From: Polyangiaceae bacterium
GTDB lineage: Bacteria > Myxococcota_A > Polyangia > Polyangiales > Polyangiaceae
Direction: 5' to 3'
NCBI GenBank assembly: GCA_965222375.1
Contig: CBDCTZ010000014.1
Location: 32,001 to 96,000 of the forward strand
DNA length: 64,000 nt
Shown here: one piece after another, positions 49,716-59,738 of the stretch
Position numbering within the stretch: the stretch's first letter is position 1
Layout of the letters: every line of letters starts with the position of its first letter
Translations under genes and position numbers: made by a program
The notes under the pieces: model-generated
What the model was told of the DNA's origin: nothing
The model's database searches: none
What the model saw: only the letters and a program-made list of their open reading frames with translations

Positions 49716-50354
49716 ATGGCTCGGTATTCGGTGTGCTGCGCGCTATTGCTACTGGCCGGCTGCGGCAGCGATTCGGATGAGACGGGCGGGGCCGGGGGAG
49801 CCAGCGGCTCCTCGGGAACCGCTGGCGCCGCGGCCGACGCCGGGGGCGCGAGTGGGGGAGGTGCGGGCACATCGTCTGGCGGGTTGGGGGGCGGTAGTGG
49901 CGGAGGCGCGGCGTCCGGGGGGGCCGGAGGTGCGGGCGCGGGCGGCGCCGGCACGGGTGGCGCCAGCACGGGCGGGACCGGGACGGGCGGCGCGGGCGGC
50001 GCCAATACGGGTGGGACTGGGACCGGCGCGGTTCAGTGCGGGCCCGCGACCTGTAATCTACAGAGCCAGTTCTGCTGCGCCCAATACAACCAAACGCCCC
50101 AGTGCAAAGCCCATGGCGGAACCTGTACCTACAGTGTCGAAGTACGCTGCGATGGTCCAGAGGATTGCCCCGGCCAAGTCTGCTGCGGCAAGCTGTTCAT
50201 TCAAGGCAAGAACAAGTCGTATACAGACCTTTCCTGCCAGGCCTCGTGCGACAAGTCCGATGAGAACGTCATTTGCGGCGCGGCCGGGTCGTGCCCCGGG
50301 TCGATGACGTGCAAAACCAGCCTACTCCTGCCGCCGTACCGAGACTGCCAGTAG
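49716..50354 (+). CDS. Cys-rich lipoprotein
   Basis: LLAGC lipobox, Gly linker, CDGPEDC...CC module. Confidence 0.82.
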   Translation: MARYSVCCALLLLAGCGSDSDETGGAGGASGSSGTAGAAADAGGASGGGAGTSSGGLGGGSGGGAASGGAGGAGAGGAGTGGASTGGTGTGGAGGANTGGTGTGAVQCGPATCNLQSQFCCAQYNQTPQCKAHGGTCTYSVEVRCDGPEDCPGQVCCGKLFIQGKNKSYTDLSCQASCDKSDENVICGAAGSCPGSMTCKTSLLLPPYRDCQ

Positions 50355-50397
50355 AGCCCCCATACCCGCCGCCTGAGCCCCGACTTGGTGGTGCCCG

Positions 50398-50571
50398 CTA
50401 CTGTCCCCGCTGAGCGTTGACCTGGTACTCGCCGGTCTCCTCGTCGTAGTTCACTCGTAGACGCATGGGTCGACAACACACGCTGCAGTCTTCGATCAGA
50501 TCCTGTTCTGGCCCGCCGCCTGGGTCCACGTAGACGTCGACGGGCTCTCCGCAATAGGGGCAAAGGGTCAT
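50398..50571 (-). CDS. CPXCG-motif small Cys-rich protein (57 aa, not in ORF track)
   Basis: [36 protein letters not shown]...; GGAGG RBS. Confidence 0.88.
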   Translation of the reverse strand: MTLCPYCGEPVDVYVDPGGGPEQDLIEDCSVCCRPMRLRVNYDEETGEYQVNAQRGQ

Positions 50572-50611
50572 CGGCTGGGCCTCCGTGCGCCGTCGATGTG
50601 CGGGGGTTGGC

Positions 50612-51760
50612 TCATCGCTTCCGTTTCGTCGAGGCCTTCGAGGTCGCCTCGGGCAGCGAGACGCTGAAGTTCGCTCGCGCCACGCTGCGGCCGTTCACCA
50701 GGATCTCCACCGCGTGATTGCCAGCGTAGTAGCGGCGGGTCGTGATGGGTCGGATGGCGTGACGTTTCTTGAAGCGCTCCGCCTTGCCCGCCCCGAGAGA
50801 GAGCTTCTTCAACTTGAATACCTTGGGGCGCAAACTTCCGTCGGCTTTGCGATGATGGATGGCGTAGTCCACAACGAGGGATGCGACCTTCCTGGACTCG
50901 GACGTGAGCGTGAAGGCGATCTCGATGGCACCTCCGAGCTTCACCTTCTTCGGCTTCACGGACAGACCGCTCACTCGCACACGAGCCCTTTTGGCGTGGC
51001 CGAGCAGATCAAACACGCCGGCGTGGCCCGCTTTGACCAGGGAGCGAGTGGCACGCTCGATGATCCATCGCCGTTCCTTGGTTGCGCCACGATTCCAACG
51101 CTTGCATACGCGGATCAGCAGGTCCGGGTGGTCCTTGCCAATGTCGTTCAAGTGATTGGCGACGGAGCGACGAACGTATTCGGATTCGTCGTCCTTCAGC
51201 AGTTCGAGGAGCGCCAGGGTTGGGCGCGGGTCCTTGCGGAAGGCGTGCAGGTGGCCGCCCCAGGGCAGCAGCGGGCGGGTCCCCTCGGAGACGAGGCGTC
51301 GAACGTCTTTGTCTTTGTCTTGGGTCCAAGTCTTCAAGAGGGTCAAGCTCTCCTCCGGGTAGCGCCGCAGGAAGGGACGAATCGCGAACTCGGACGAAAA
51401 AAGTGGAGTGAGTTTGCGCAGGGCCGCCATGGAACGATCAAAGTCCTCCAGTCCGGCGTGGGCCACGTAGTCAATCAGGGGCCAGGCCGCGAAGCCACGA
51501 TAGGGGTCATTGGGATCTCCGTGATCCCAGCGAGCCGCAGCGCCGAGGACCACGCGAAGCGCCCGTGGGTAGGGCTTAGGCAGATGCTTGTCGAGGGCGG
51601 CGATGATGTGCCTGACCCGCGGCTTGAGCTCCAAGCCGCCGAGCCCCCGGCAAGCATCCCGCACGAACGCCTGGTCATCGAAGCTCTTGTTGGCTTTATG
51701 CAGACAGCGAGCGAGTCGCTTCACGGCGGGCCTGCCCAGGCCATCCTTCATCGGCTTCAT
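50612..51760 (-). CDS. DNA alkylation repair protein (AlkC/AlkD-like HEAT repeats) with C-terminal beta domain
   Basis: [39 protein letters not shown]. Confidence 0.88.
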   Translation of the reverse strand: MKPMKDGLGRPAVKRLARCLHKANKSFDDQAFVRDACRGLGGLELKPRVRHIIAALDKHLPKPYPRALRVVLGAAARWDHGDPNDPYRGFAAWPLIDYVAHAGLEDFDRSMAALRKLTPLFSSEFAIRPFLRRYPEESLTLLKTWTQDKDKDVRRLVSEGTRPLLPWGGHLHAFRKDPRPTLALLELLKDDESEYVRRSVANHLNDIGKDHPDLLIRVCKRWNRGATKERRWIIERATRSLVKAGHAGVFDLLGHAKRARVRVSGLSVKPKKVKLGGAIEIAFTLTSESRKVASLVVDYAIHHRKADGSLRPKVFKLKKLSLGAGKAERFKKRHAIRPITTRRYYAGNHAVEILVNGRSVARANFSVSLPEATSKASTKRKR

Positions 51761-51826
51761 GGCCGAAGCCTATCCCGGAAGTCCGCTCAATGGCTGGGGG
51801 CGAGCCGTAGGAGTTCGAGAGTTTGG

Positions 51827-51931
51827 CCCGAGCTGCCGCGATGCCCCCAGTGCGAGACGCATGGCCCTTCTGCGCCCTGGGATGCGAACCCCATCCCCTT
51901 ACTCCCCTTCCAACCTTTCTGTTCACTCTGA
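51827..51931. repeat. Diverged partial copy of the REP-like element at 34477-34724
   Basis: Shared blocks cccgagctgcc, cccagtgc.agacgc, cccttctgcgccc, gcgaacc, ccttcc...ctgtt...ctga. Confidence 0.75.
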
Positions 51932-51994
51932 TCTGGACCGCCCCGTTTCTGGGGCCGTGACGTTCGCGAGGTGAATCCGCTAAGCTTCCCGACC

Positions 51995-52498
51995 ATGAGC
52001 GAGCGTGTCGTCATCGAAACCAATCATGGCCCATTCACCATCAGCTTGGACGCCGCGACTGCGCCCAAGTCCGTGGCGAACTTCCTTTCGTACGTGGATG
52101 CGGGGCACTATGACGGCACGATCTTCCATCGAGTGATTGATGGCTTCATGGCGCAAGGCGGCGGCTACGACACGGCCTATACCAAGAAGCCCGTGCGGGC
52201 GCCGGTCGAAAACGAAGCAGACAACGGGGTCAAGAACGCCCGCGGCACCGTCGCGATGGCGCGAACCAGTGATCCTCATTCGGCGACAGCGCAATTCTTC
52301 GTGAACCTCAAGGACAACGCGTTCCTCGATCACAAGGCCAAGAGCGGATCGGACTGGGGCTACGCGGTTTTCGGCACCGTGACCGATGGGATGGACGTGG
52401 TCGACCGGATCAAGGCTGTGGCTACGGGCGCCCAGGGGCCCTTCGGCAAAGACGCACCCCTCGAGCAAGTCGTGATTCAATCGGCGCGCCGCGCGTAG
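51995..52498 (+). CDS. Cyclophilin-type peptidyl-prolyl isomerase
   Basis: FHRVIDGFMAQGGG, GTVAMART..PHSATAQFFVN, GYAVFG. Confidence 0.96.
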   Translation: MSERVVIETNHGPFTISLDAATAPKSVANFLSYVDAGHYDGTIFHRVIDGFMAQGGGYDTAYTKKPVRAPVENEADNGVKNARGTVAMARTSDPHSATAQFFVNLKDNAFLDHKAKSGSDWGYAVFGTVTDGMDVVDRIKAVATGAQGPFGKDAPLEQVVIQSARRA

Positions 52499-52530
52499 TT
52501 CGAGCAGCAGCGCGTGTTAGGCTTGTAGAG

Positions 52531-54256
52531 ATGCGTCCAGGCGCGCCCCGACGGTTCCGAGTGCGCACCGCGATGGCGCTGTGCGCCATGACGGCCGTGG
52601 GCTGTGAGAAGAAGCCTGCTACTCAGGTGATCGTCGAGCTGCATGCCGAGCCTGGCGTGCTCGCCGCCGCGGCAAGCCTGCGGGTGGTGGTCGAAAGTGA
52701 GGAAGGCAACGTCGTCTTGGATCGCGAAAAAGCGGTCGACGCCGCGGTGGCAAAGCTGGCTCGCATTCCCCTGATTCCGAAGGGAGAGGACGCCACACGT
52801 CGCTTCCGCGTGCGGGCGTCGTTGTTGGATGCCGGCGCCGTGGAGCTCTCGAAGCTCGAAGCCCGCGCAGGGTATGTCGAGGACGAGCTCAGGGAGTTGG
52901 AGCTCTGGTTTTCCGACGCCTGCCAAGGAAAGCTCGATTGTGGTGATGGGCGCACGTGTCATCAGGGGCGCTGCGTCGGTTCCTGTTTCAATCCGGGATC
53001 CGCTGGGCCCGCATCTCCGACGTGTGGGGAGTGCCAAGTGTGCGCGGACTCTTGTCAGAGCCAGGACGGGCTCGCGTGTGGATGCCCGGGTGAGACCTGC
53101 TCCGCCGGCACTTGTGGGCCCGGCGCGCGGGTCGGGCAGGTGGCGGCGGGCAGCGTTTCGACCTGCGCTTCCCTGGAAGGGGGAGATACCTACTGCTGGG
53201 GCTCTACGACCTTTGGCGGCAACTTGAACGGGCAGAAGGGGCGCTTGGGAACCGGCGATCAGGGTGAGGACTCCGCGGTTCCGGTGAAGGTCCCGGGAAT
53301 CACCGCACGCAAAGGGCTCACGATTGGCAGCAACCATACCTGCACCATCACCTTTGGGGACCGAGCGTGCTGGGGGCTCAACTTTCAGGGTGAACTCGGC
53401 GGCGACATCGGGAGCGTGATCTCCAGTCCACATTCGTTCACTGAGACCTTCTCCCTCGAGGCGATTGTCAGTGGCTTTCGTCACACCTGTGGTTTGACTC
53501 AGGCCAACGAATTGTGGTGCTGAGGCTATAACGAGCGGGGGAACCTGGGGCTGGGTAACACCCAGGAGAACTACAAAGTGCCCACCCTGGTGTCCTCGAG
53601 CTTTTCGGAGGTGGCTGCGGGCGGGGATCACACCTGCGCGGTGGATGCCGCGGGCCAGCTATTCTGTTGGGGGTTCAACGATTCCACGGAACTCGGGGTG
53701 CCTACTGCGAAGGAGGTGCCGATGCCGCTGCGTCCCGGATGCGAACCCGAGAATGCCGGGGACTCCTGCTTTGACGACTACCGCGCGGTGGGTGTTGGTG
53801 CGTTTCACAGTTGCGGTATCCGTGAATCGGGAGAGATGCGGTGTTTTGGTGGCAACCTCAACGGCCAGCTGGGGATTGGGCCGCCAACTTCGAGCTACGA
53901 GGAGAGCGAACCTCGTCGCGTCGTCGGCAGCGAGAAGTGGGCCGATGTGTCCGGAGGGCGCTCCTACACCTGTGGCCTCTCGGACAAGGGCGAACTCTTC
54001 TGCTGGGGGCTAAACGAAGATCGCCAGCTGGGGATCCCGGGTGTGGACTTCGTGACCGTGCCAACCAAAGTTCCTGTCGAGGCGCCGGGAGGTTGGCGTT
54101 TCTTGTCTACGGGGCAGTTTCACGCCTGCGCGATCCGCGCCGACCGCACCTTGTGGTGCTGGGGGCGAAACGAGGCGGGGCATTGGAGCGGCGAGCGTGG
54201 AGCCCGTCGAACGCCCGACGCGCGTCTGCTTCCCAGCGTCATCCAGCGCCGGCTAG
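52531..54256 (+). pseudogene. RCC1-repeat lipoprotein with in-frame TGA (53521-53523) and frameshift near 54181
   Basis: CWG.N..GQLG repeats continue in frame across WC*GYN; final repeat lacks QLG and resumes in another frame as IGAASVEPVERPTRVCFP. Confidence 0.85.
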
Positions 54257-55936
54257 CTGTCCGAGAGTGGTCAGCCCCGTCAACTGATCCGCACGCAGTC
54301 GTGCAGTCGGCTCCGAGAAGATGGTGTCTTCGACGATGTAGGCCACGGCGCGGCCGCGCTTCTGAGCGTCGCATGCTCCCTGATCGGACAGTTCCGCCAG
54401 GGCGCTTTGGGCCGCGCGCAGCGAAATCCCCAAGCTGCTCGCCATGTCCTTGGCGCTTGCGCTGCCTCGCTCGGACAGCAGTCGGAGCACGCGGTCTGCA
54501 GTGCGCTGCGAGACGCGTGGATCCGGGATGACCAATGGCTGCACCGAGGTGAGCCGAAGCAGATCCCCATCCTTTGTGATCTCACCAGCATCGCCCAGCA
54601 CGCCCCGAGTGCGATGCAGCAAGACGTCGAAAACACCTCGATGAACTTCTGGCACGAAGGGGAAGCCGTAGGTCTCAGCGAAGCACTCTGTTTCGGCCAT
54701 CTGCGCGCCTTCGCTCAGCGCCAATACGGCCATGACGGTTTCGATCCGCCCCTGGGCCCGCTGGGACTGCCGCACCCGGTGCGCGTTGGGCAAGTTCAGC
54801 TGTTCCATTCCCCAATGCAGAACCCGCACAGCCCGACCATCGCCGAATCGAACCACGTAGGCGGCAGCGGATTCGTCGGACTGTCCGTCTCCGCGAAGCC
54901 GCAGCCCGTGCAGGGCGGCGGGTATCAACGGGTCTCGCCCGGCGCGCCAAGCGGCAACTTGTGCATTCTCGGGTTGCACCTCGGGATCCGATGCGGCGAT
55001 GAGGACTTGAGCGTCTCGAGACGCCGGCAAGAAGCTGCGATTCGACTCGAGCCGGGCGCGGGACTCCGATGCGCGCTGGCTGTCGCCTCGGGTGGCCGCT
55101 TGGAGTAGGGCGAGCAGAGCTTCGCCGCTACTACGCACGGCTGTCTGCCCCGCCAACTGGAGATCCCCTTCTGCGGATTCCGCGTCGCCACCTGCCATCA
55201 ACCATTCCCAGCACAGCCATCCGCGCCAGGGATCCGTCACGACGCTCCTCAGGGCTTCAAGGATCCGTAGTGAGAGATGGGATTGCCGTGCGTGACGTCG
55301 CGCGCGCGCCAACACGACATGGGCAAGGAATTCGGGTTGCGGCAGCCCTTCGCTCCGCGCCGCTAGGGAAGCTCGCCGGGCGAGCCCGAGTGCCTCACTC
55401 TGCTCGCCGCCCTCGAGGGTGGCGAGGGCCCGCAACGCCTGGGCTTCGACGACCAATGCCGCCGACTTTGCCCGCAACGCCTTTTGCATCAGTTCGTTGC
55501 ACTGCACTCCACAGCTTTCGACGTCGCCCTCGACGTAGTCCGCCCAGGCCGCACAAAGGGACGTGAGCAGGGACTCGCTCTCGCCGAGCCCGGGCGCGAG
55601 CCTCGGCGCGAGGGTCGCGAGGTCCACGACCCGCTCAGGGTCGAATGCCAATGCCGCCAGGCGCAGCGCGTCCGTCAGGCTGCGAATGGCGGCACGGCGC
55701 GCCAAGGGCGGTCCGTCCACGAAGTCCGCGAGGTGACTCAGCCGCGGCTTTACGCCGTAGCGGGGGGCCGTGAGAGCCAGTTGGCTCCGCAATGCCATGG
55801 CCCAGGCGCGTGCCACCGGGTTTAGCGTGCTCTCCAAAGCTCGGATCACGGGGCCCACACGCGTGAGATCGCCGGAAGCCACCCGTTCATGGTTGGCCTC
55901 AGCGGCCTGCCAGAGGGCATCGAGCGCGAGGGTCAC
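54239..55936 (-). CDS. Helical-repeat protein with C-terminal winged-helix/HTH domains
   Basis: TPR-like N-terminus; DVLLHRTR..L and ASAKDMASSLGISLRAAQSAL HTH-like segments. Confidence 0.7.
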   Translation of the reverse strand: MTLALDALWQAAEANHERVASGDLTRVGPVIRALESTLNPVARAWAMALRSQLALTAPRYGVKPRLSHLADFVDGPPLARRAAIRSLTDALRLAALAFDPERVVDLATLAPRLAPGLGESESLLTSLCAAWADYVEGDVESCGVQCNELMQKALRAKSAALVVEAQALRALATLEGGEQSEALGLARRASLAARSEGLPQPEFLAHVVLARARRHARQSHLSLRILEALRSVVTDPWRGWLCWEWLMAGGDAESAEGDLQLAGQTAVRSSGEALLALLQAATRGDSQRASESRARLESNRSFLPASRDAQVLIAASDPEVQPENAQVAAWRAGRDPLIPAALHGLRLRGDGQSDESAAAYVVRFGDGRAVRVLHWGMEQLNLPNAHRVRQSQRAQGRIETVMAVLALSEGAQMAETECFAETYGFPFVPEVHRGVFDVLLHRTRGVLGDAGEITKDGDLLRLTSVQPLVIPDPRVSQRTADRVLRLLSERGSASAKDMASSLGISLRAAQSALAELSDQGACDAQKRGRAVAYIVEDTIFSEPTARLRADQLTGLTTLGQLAGAG

Positions 55937-55942
55937 GTCGGT

Positions 55943-55954
55943 GCAGTATACTGC
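55943..55954. promoter_or_regulatory. Palindromic bidirectional -10 element
   Basis: gcagtatactgc gives TATACT on both strands, each 8 nt from a divergent start codon. Confidence 0.6.
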
Positions 55955-55960
55955 CGCACC

Positions 55961-57313
55961 TTGGATAACACTCCGGAACTCGCGTCGAGCTTCGCCTCAT
56001 ACCGGCCTCTGTGCACCTTGGCCTCCGGGGGAATGGGTCGCGTCGATCTCGTGGTGCGCCGAGAGGGGAGCTTTGAGCGACTTTTTGCCGTCAAACGCCT
56101 CAAGCCGGAGCTCGCGGGGGAAGAAGAAGTCCGTGGGATGTTTTTGGACGAAGGCCGCATTGCCGGTCTGATTCGGCATCCCAACGTGGTGAGCGTGGTG
56201 GATGTCGGCGAGGACGACAGTGGTCCTTTTTTGGTGATGCAATACGTGGAAGGCATTACCGCGGCCCAGCTCATCTCGGCAGCGCAGGCGCAACCCATCC
56301 CGATGGAGGTTGCTCTCAAGATCGTGATGCACGCTGCGGAGGGGTTGCACGCGGCGCACGAACAAGCGGGTCCGGACGGGCGACCCCTCGAGCTGGTCCA
56401 CCGGGACGTGTCCCCACAGAACATCATGATCGGGTTCGACGGCGTCACGCTGGTTACGGACTTCGGGATTGCGAAAGCGCTGGGGCGAGTCAGCAAGACC
56501 TCCACGGGCGTGCTCAAGGGCAAGTTGGGTTATCTGGCGCCGGAGCAGCTGCGTTTCGAAGAACCCGATCGGCGCGCGGATCTCTTCGCGCTGGGCGTGG
56601 TCTTGTTCGAGCTCTTGACCGGTCGTCGCCTGTACAAGAGTCGCGAAGGTACCGACGGACCACGGCGGATCCTATCCGAGCCTCCGCCGGACCTGGCGGA
56701 CTATCGGGACGACGTCGAACCGGAATTGGTGGAGCTTTCCTTCGAGCTCTTGGCCAAGCGACGACAGGACCGACCCGATGATGCCAAGAGCGTGGCGCGA
56801 CGTTTGGAGGCCATACTGGCCTCGGTCGTTGCGACTGGACAATCCGTGGACGTCGCAGAGTTTCTGGACACGCACTTCTCGGAGCGACGGGCCGAGGCCC
56901 GGGCACGGATCACCGAAGCCCGGGAGCAGGTTGCGGCTCTGACAACGAGTGCTGTCCCTCCGTCGTCCCCGCTCTCGGCGCCCCAACAGCGATCCAGCCG
57001 TAGCCCGGTCGTCTGGCTACTCTCCTCGGTAGTCGTGGCTGGAGTTGCCGCGGCAACGGGCTTTGCGCTCTCCAAGGGTGGAAGCTCCGCTGTCGCATCT
57101 GCCCCGCAAAGTTCGAGCCCGCCCGTCGCCGCTGCCTTGGTGACCGCTGAGCCCTCGGTCGCGTTGCCTGCGGTTGCTCCCCCGGCACCCGCTCCCAGCG
57201 CGTCCGTCGTACCCGCGGCGCCCACTCCGGCCGTCGTGCCGAAAGCTCGACGGCGCCCGGCCCTCAAGCCGCCAAAGACGAAGCCTGGCGTGCCCATATG
57301 GGAGAACTACTGA
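55961..57313 (+). CDS. Membrane Ser/Thr protein kinase
   Basis: GGMGRV, HRDVSPQN, DFG, GKLGYLAPEQ, TM; TTG start inferred. Confidence 0.92.
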   Translation: MDNTPELASSFASYRPLCTLASGGMGRVDLVVRREGSFERLFAVKRLKPELAGEEEVRGMFLDEGRIAGLIRHPNVVSVVDVGEDDSGPFLVMQYVEGITAAQLISAAQAQPIPMEVALKIVMHAAEGLHAAHEQAGPDGRPLELVHRDVSPQNIMIGFDGVTLVTDFGIAKALGRVSKTSTGVLKGKLGYLAPEQLRFEEPDRRADLFALGVVLFELLTGRRLYKSREGTDGPRRILSEPPPDLADYRDDVEPELVELSFELLAKRRQDRPDDAKSVARRLEAILASVVATGQSVDVAEFLDTHFSERRAEARARITEAREQVAALTTSAVPPSSPLSAPQQRSSRSPVVWLLSSVVVAGVAAATGFALSKGGSSAVASAPQSSSPPVAAALVTAEPSVALPAVAPPAPAPSASVVPAAPTPAVVPKARRRPALKPPKTKPGVPIWENY

Positions 57314-58266
57314 TGCGTGGACTACCGCAGCTCTGGAGCGTGCTGCTTGCGGCCGTGTTCGTCTTGAGCGCACCCGTGGCGGCTGCGGCCGCGACCGCTG
57401 AAGACAGGGAGCGGGCCAGGGAGCTCTTCGAGCAGGGTAAGGCAGCCATGAGCGTTGGACGCTTCGCCCAGGCCGAGGACAAGTTCAGCCAATCCTTGCG
57501 TCTCGTGCCCAAAGCCAGTGCAGCGTTCAATCTGGCCGTGGCGTTCCGCGGTACCGGCAAGCCCAAGGAGGCCTCGGAAGTGCTGGCCCGGCTGGTCAAG
57601 GGCGACTACGGCGAGGTGCCGCGTGAAATGCGCTCTCAGGCTCGGCAGTTGACCGCCGAAGCGCGCCGGGACATCGCGACGCTTTCCGTGGTGCAGAAGG
57701 GTGCGCCCCGGGCCGAAGTGCGCATTGACGGCAGCCCCGTCGGCACGGCCTTGCAGGGCAAGGTGCTGTCGGTGCAGGTCAATCCCGGCGAGCGCTTGCT
57801 GTCCGTGTCTGCGCCTTTGCGCAAGCCGTGGGAATCGAGAGTGACGGTGGCCGCCGGCAAGGCGCGACGCGTCACGGCCACCCTCGTGCTTTCTCGGGCG
57901 GCGCGCATGAGCACCTTGGAGCTGTTAGCCAAGGACCGTCGTGGTTCGCTCGAGATTTTGGGAGTGGCGAGGGGGCGCGGGCGCATCATCAAGAAACTCG
58001 ATCCTGGCAAGTACCGCGTGCGCCTACGATCGCCCGAAGGGGATCGTGACACGGTGGTCGTGCTGCGCCCTGCGACTCGTCACCGCGTGGAGCTGGAACC
58101 CGAGCGAGGTGGCTTGGTCGAAAGTCCGTGGTTTTGGACGGCAGCTGGGACCGTTGTCGTGGGGGCTGCGATCGGGGCCTACCTGCTACTGCGGGATCCC
58201 AACGAGGACCCGGTTCGCGATCCGGAGTTCTCCGTGGTCGAAACCCTGAGCCCCATGCGCTGGTGA
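57313..58266 (+). CDS. TPR + PEGA-like protein
   Basis: Start overlaps kinase stop; signal peptide, TPR, VNPGER, SPWFW...TM. Confidence 0.85.
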   Translation: MRGLPQLWSVLLAAVFVLSAPVAAAAATAEDRERARELFEQGKAAMSVGRFAQAEDKFSQSLRLVPKASAAFNLAVAFRGTGKPKEASEVLARLVKGDYGEVPREMRSQARQLTAEARRDIATLSVVQKGAPRAEVRIDGSPVGTALQGKVLSVQVNPGERLLSVSAPLRKPWESRVTVAAGKARRVTATLVLSRAARMSTLELLAKDRRGSLEILGVARGRGRIIKKLDPGKYRVRLRSPEGDRDTVVVLRPATRHRVELEPERGGLVESPWFWTAAGTVVVGAAIGAYLLLRDPNEDPVRDPEFSVVETLSPMRW

Positions 58267-58289
58267 TGCGCTCACTCGAGCGCAGGCGC

Positions 58290-59738
58290 TCAGCCTAGTT
58301 CGGACAGGGGGCCCTTCTTGTAGGCCGCGTCGTTGCCGAAGTGGGCGTCGTCGTAGCCGAAGGCCTGCAGGATGGACGTGAACACGTTGTGGGTCGAGGC
58401 GTCCGTGTCGTAGTTGAGCGTATTGGGGTCGCTTGCCGCGGGCTTGTTGTAGTTGATGTGACGACCCGTCTGCCAGCGGCCGCCTGCCTTGCCCGCGAGC
58501 AGCACCGGCACGTCGCGCACCGAGTGCACGCTTGCGGTGGAAAACTCGCTGGTGAACAACACCACGCTGTTGTCGAGCATGTTGCTGGTGCCTTCGGGGG
58601 TGTTCTTCAGGCCGTCGAGGAGCCGGGCGAGCATGGTCATGCGCCACTGGCGGTTGGGGGTGATCTCCCCGAAGAAGTCGTTGATCCGGGACTTGCTCGG
58701 ACCTGTCGGCCCCACGTCCCGGGCGGCGTGGCCAAGGCTGTGTCCGAGGTTGTGACCCCAGGGCGTCGGCAGCCAGTCCGTGATCAGGTCGGCGATCTGC
58801 AGCGTCGCGACGTTGCTCAGGCCGCAGCGCATCGCGTGTACGATGATATCCACCATCAAGGGCGCGACCTTCTCGGCGTCCTTGTTGCCGTTCGGTGCTC
58901 CGCTCATGTCGGGCAGGGTGCACGCTGCGGTCACTTCACCGAGAGTCGCCAATTGCTTTTCCATGCCGCGAATGTGGTCGGCGTGGGCATCAAGAAGCTG
59001 TTGGTCTGCCGTGCCGACTTGCTTTCGGAACATGGTGAATCCGTCGAGTACGCCATCCAGAACGCTCTTCTTCTGCGCACGGATCTTGAGTAGCTCCGGA
59101 TCCGGACCTGAGCTCGGGTTCACGTTCTTGAACAGGCGGTCGAAGGCGGCCTGGGGGCTCGACTCGCTCGAGACGGTTTGTTTCGCAGCGCTGAAGAAGG
59201 GCGTTCCGTATTGGTGACCGTAAACCGAGAGATCGATCGACGGAAAGGCCGTGGGATTGTCCTGACTGAGCCGTGATGCAAGCACTTGGTCCAGAGAAGG
59301 GCCTAGGGCGGTGTAGGATTTTTCGCCGGCGTCGTGCGCATCGGCGCAGGTCATGGCGGTGACGTTGGAATGCCGGTGGCCTCCGCCATAGGGGGCTCGG
59401 GTGCCCGCCATGTTGTCCACGCCCCGGAGCAAGATCAGCTCGTCGCTGAGGGCAACCAAAGGCGACATCTCCTCTCCCACCACGAGCGTGGAGCCGGGAT
59501 CTGCCGGGGCCCATAGGTCCGACCCATGGTGGTTGCCCTTGCCGCTCTCCTTCTTTCCTTTGCGGTCTCGACAGCTGATTGTTCCGCCGTGGCTGAAGAC
59601 GACGATGAATCGCTTGGCTTGGGTGGGCAGGGGGCCAGCAATCGCGCTGCCTCGAGTCGCTTCTAGTAGCGGCAACGCGACGCACAGACCACCCGCCCCG
59701 ACCAAGAACGCGCGTCGGCTTTGCTTGCGGAAGCTCAT
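58290..59738 (-). CDS. DUF1552-family protein with Tat signal
   Basis: SRRAFL, SLDQVLA, P.AAFDRLF, KSVLD, LDAH...IR, LDNS. Confidence 0.88.
   Translation of the reverse strand: MSFRKQSRRAFLVGAGGLCVALPLLEATRGSAIAGPLPTQAKRFIVVFSHGGTISCRDRKGKKESGKGNHHGSDLWAPADPGSTLVVGEEMSPLVALSDELILLRGVDNMAGTRAPYGGGHRHSNVTAMTCADAHDAGEKSYTALGPSLDQVLASRLSQDNPTAFPSIDLSVYGHQYGTPFFSAAKQTVSSESSPQAAFDRLFKNVNPSSGPDPELLKIRAQKKSVLDGVLDGFTMFRKQVGTADQQLLDAHADHIRGMEKQLATLGEVTAACTLPDMSGAPNGNKDAEKVAPLMVDIIVHAMRCGLSNVATLQIADLITDWLPTPWGHNLGHSLGHAARDVGPTGPSKSRINDFFGEITPNRQWRMTMLARLLDGLKNTPEGTSNMLDNSVVLFTSEFSTASVHSVRDVPVLLAGKAGGRWQTGRHINYNKPAASDPNTLNYDTDASTHNVFTSILQAFGYDDAHFGNDAAYKKGPLSELG

Noticed and set aside
53521..53523. TGA recoded as Trp or Sec
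   Set aside because: Many genes here end in TGA, Trp is otherwise TGG, and the same gene has a second lesion
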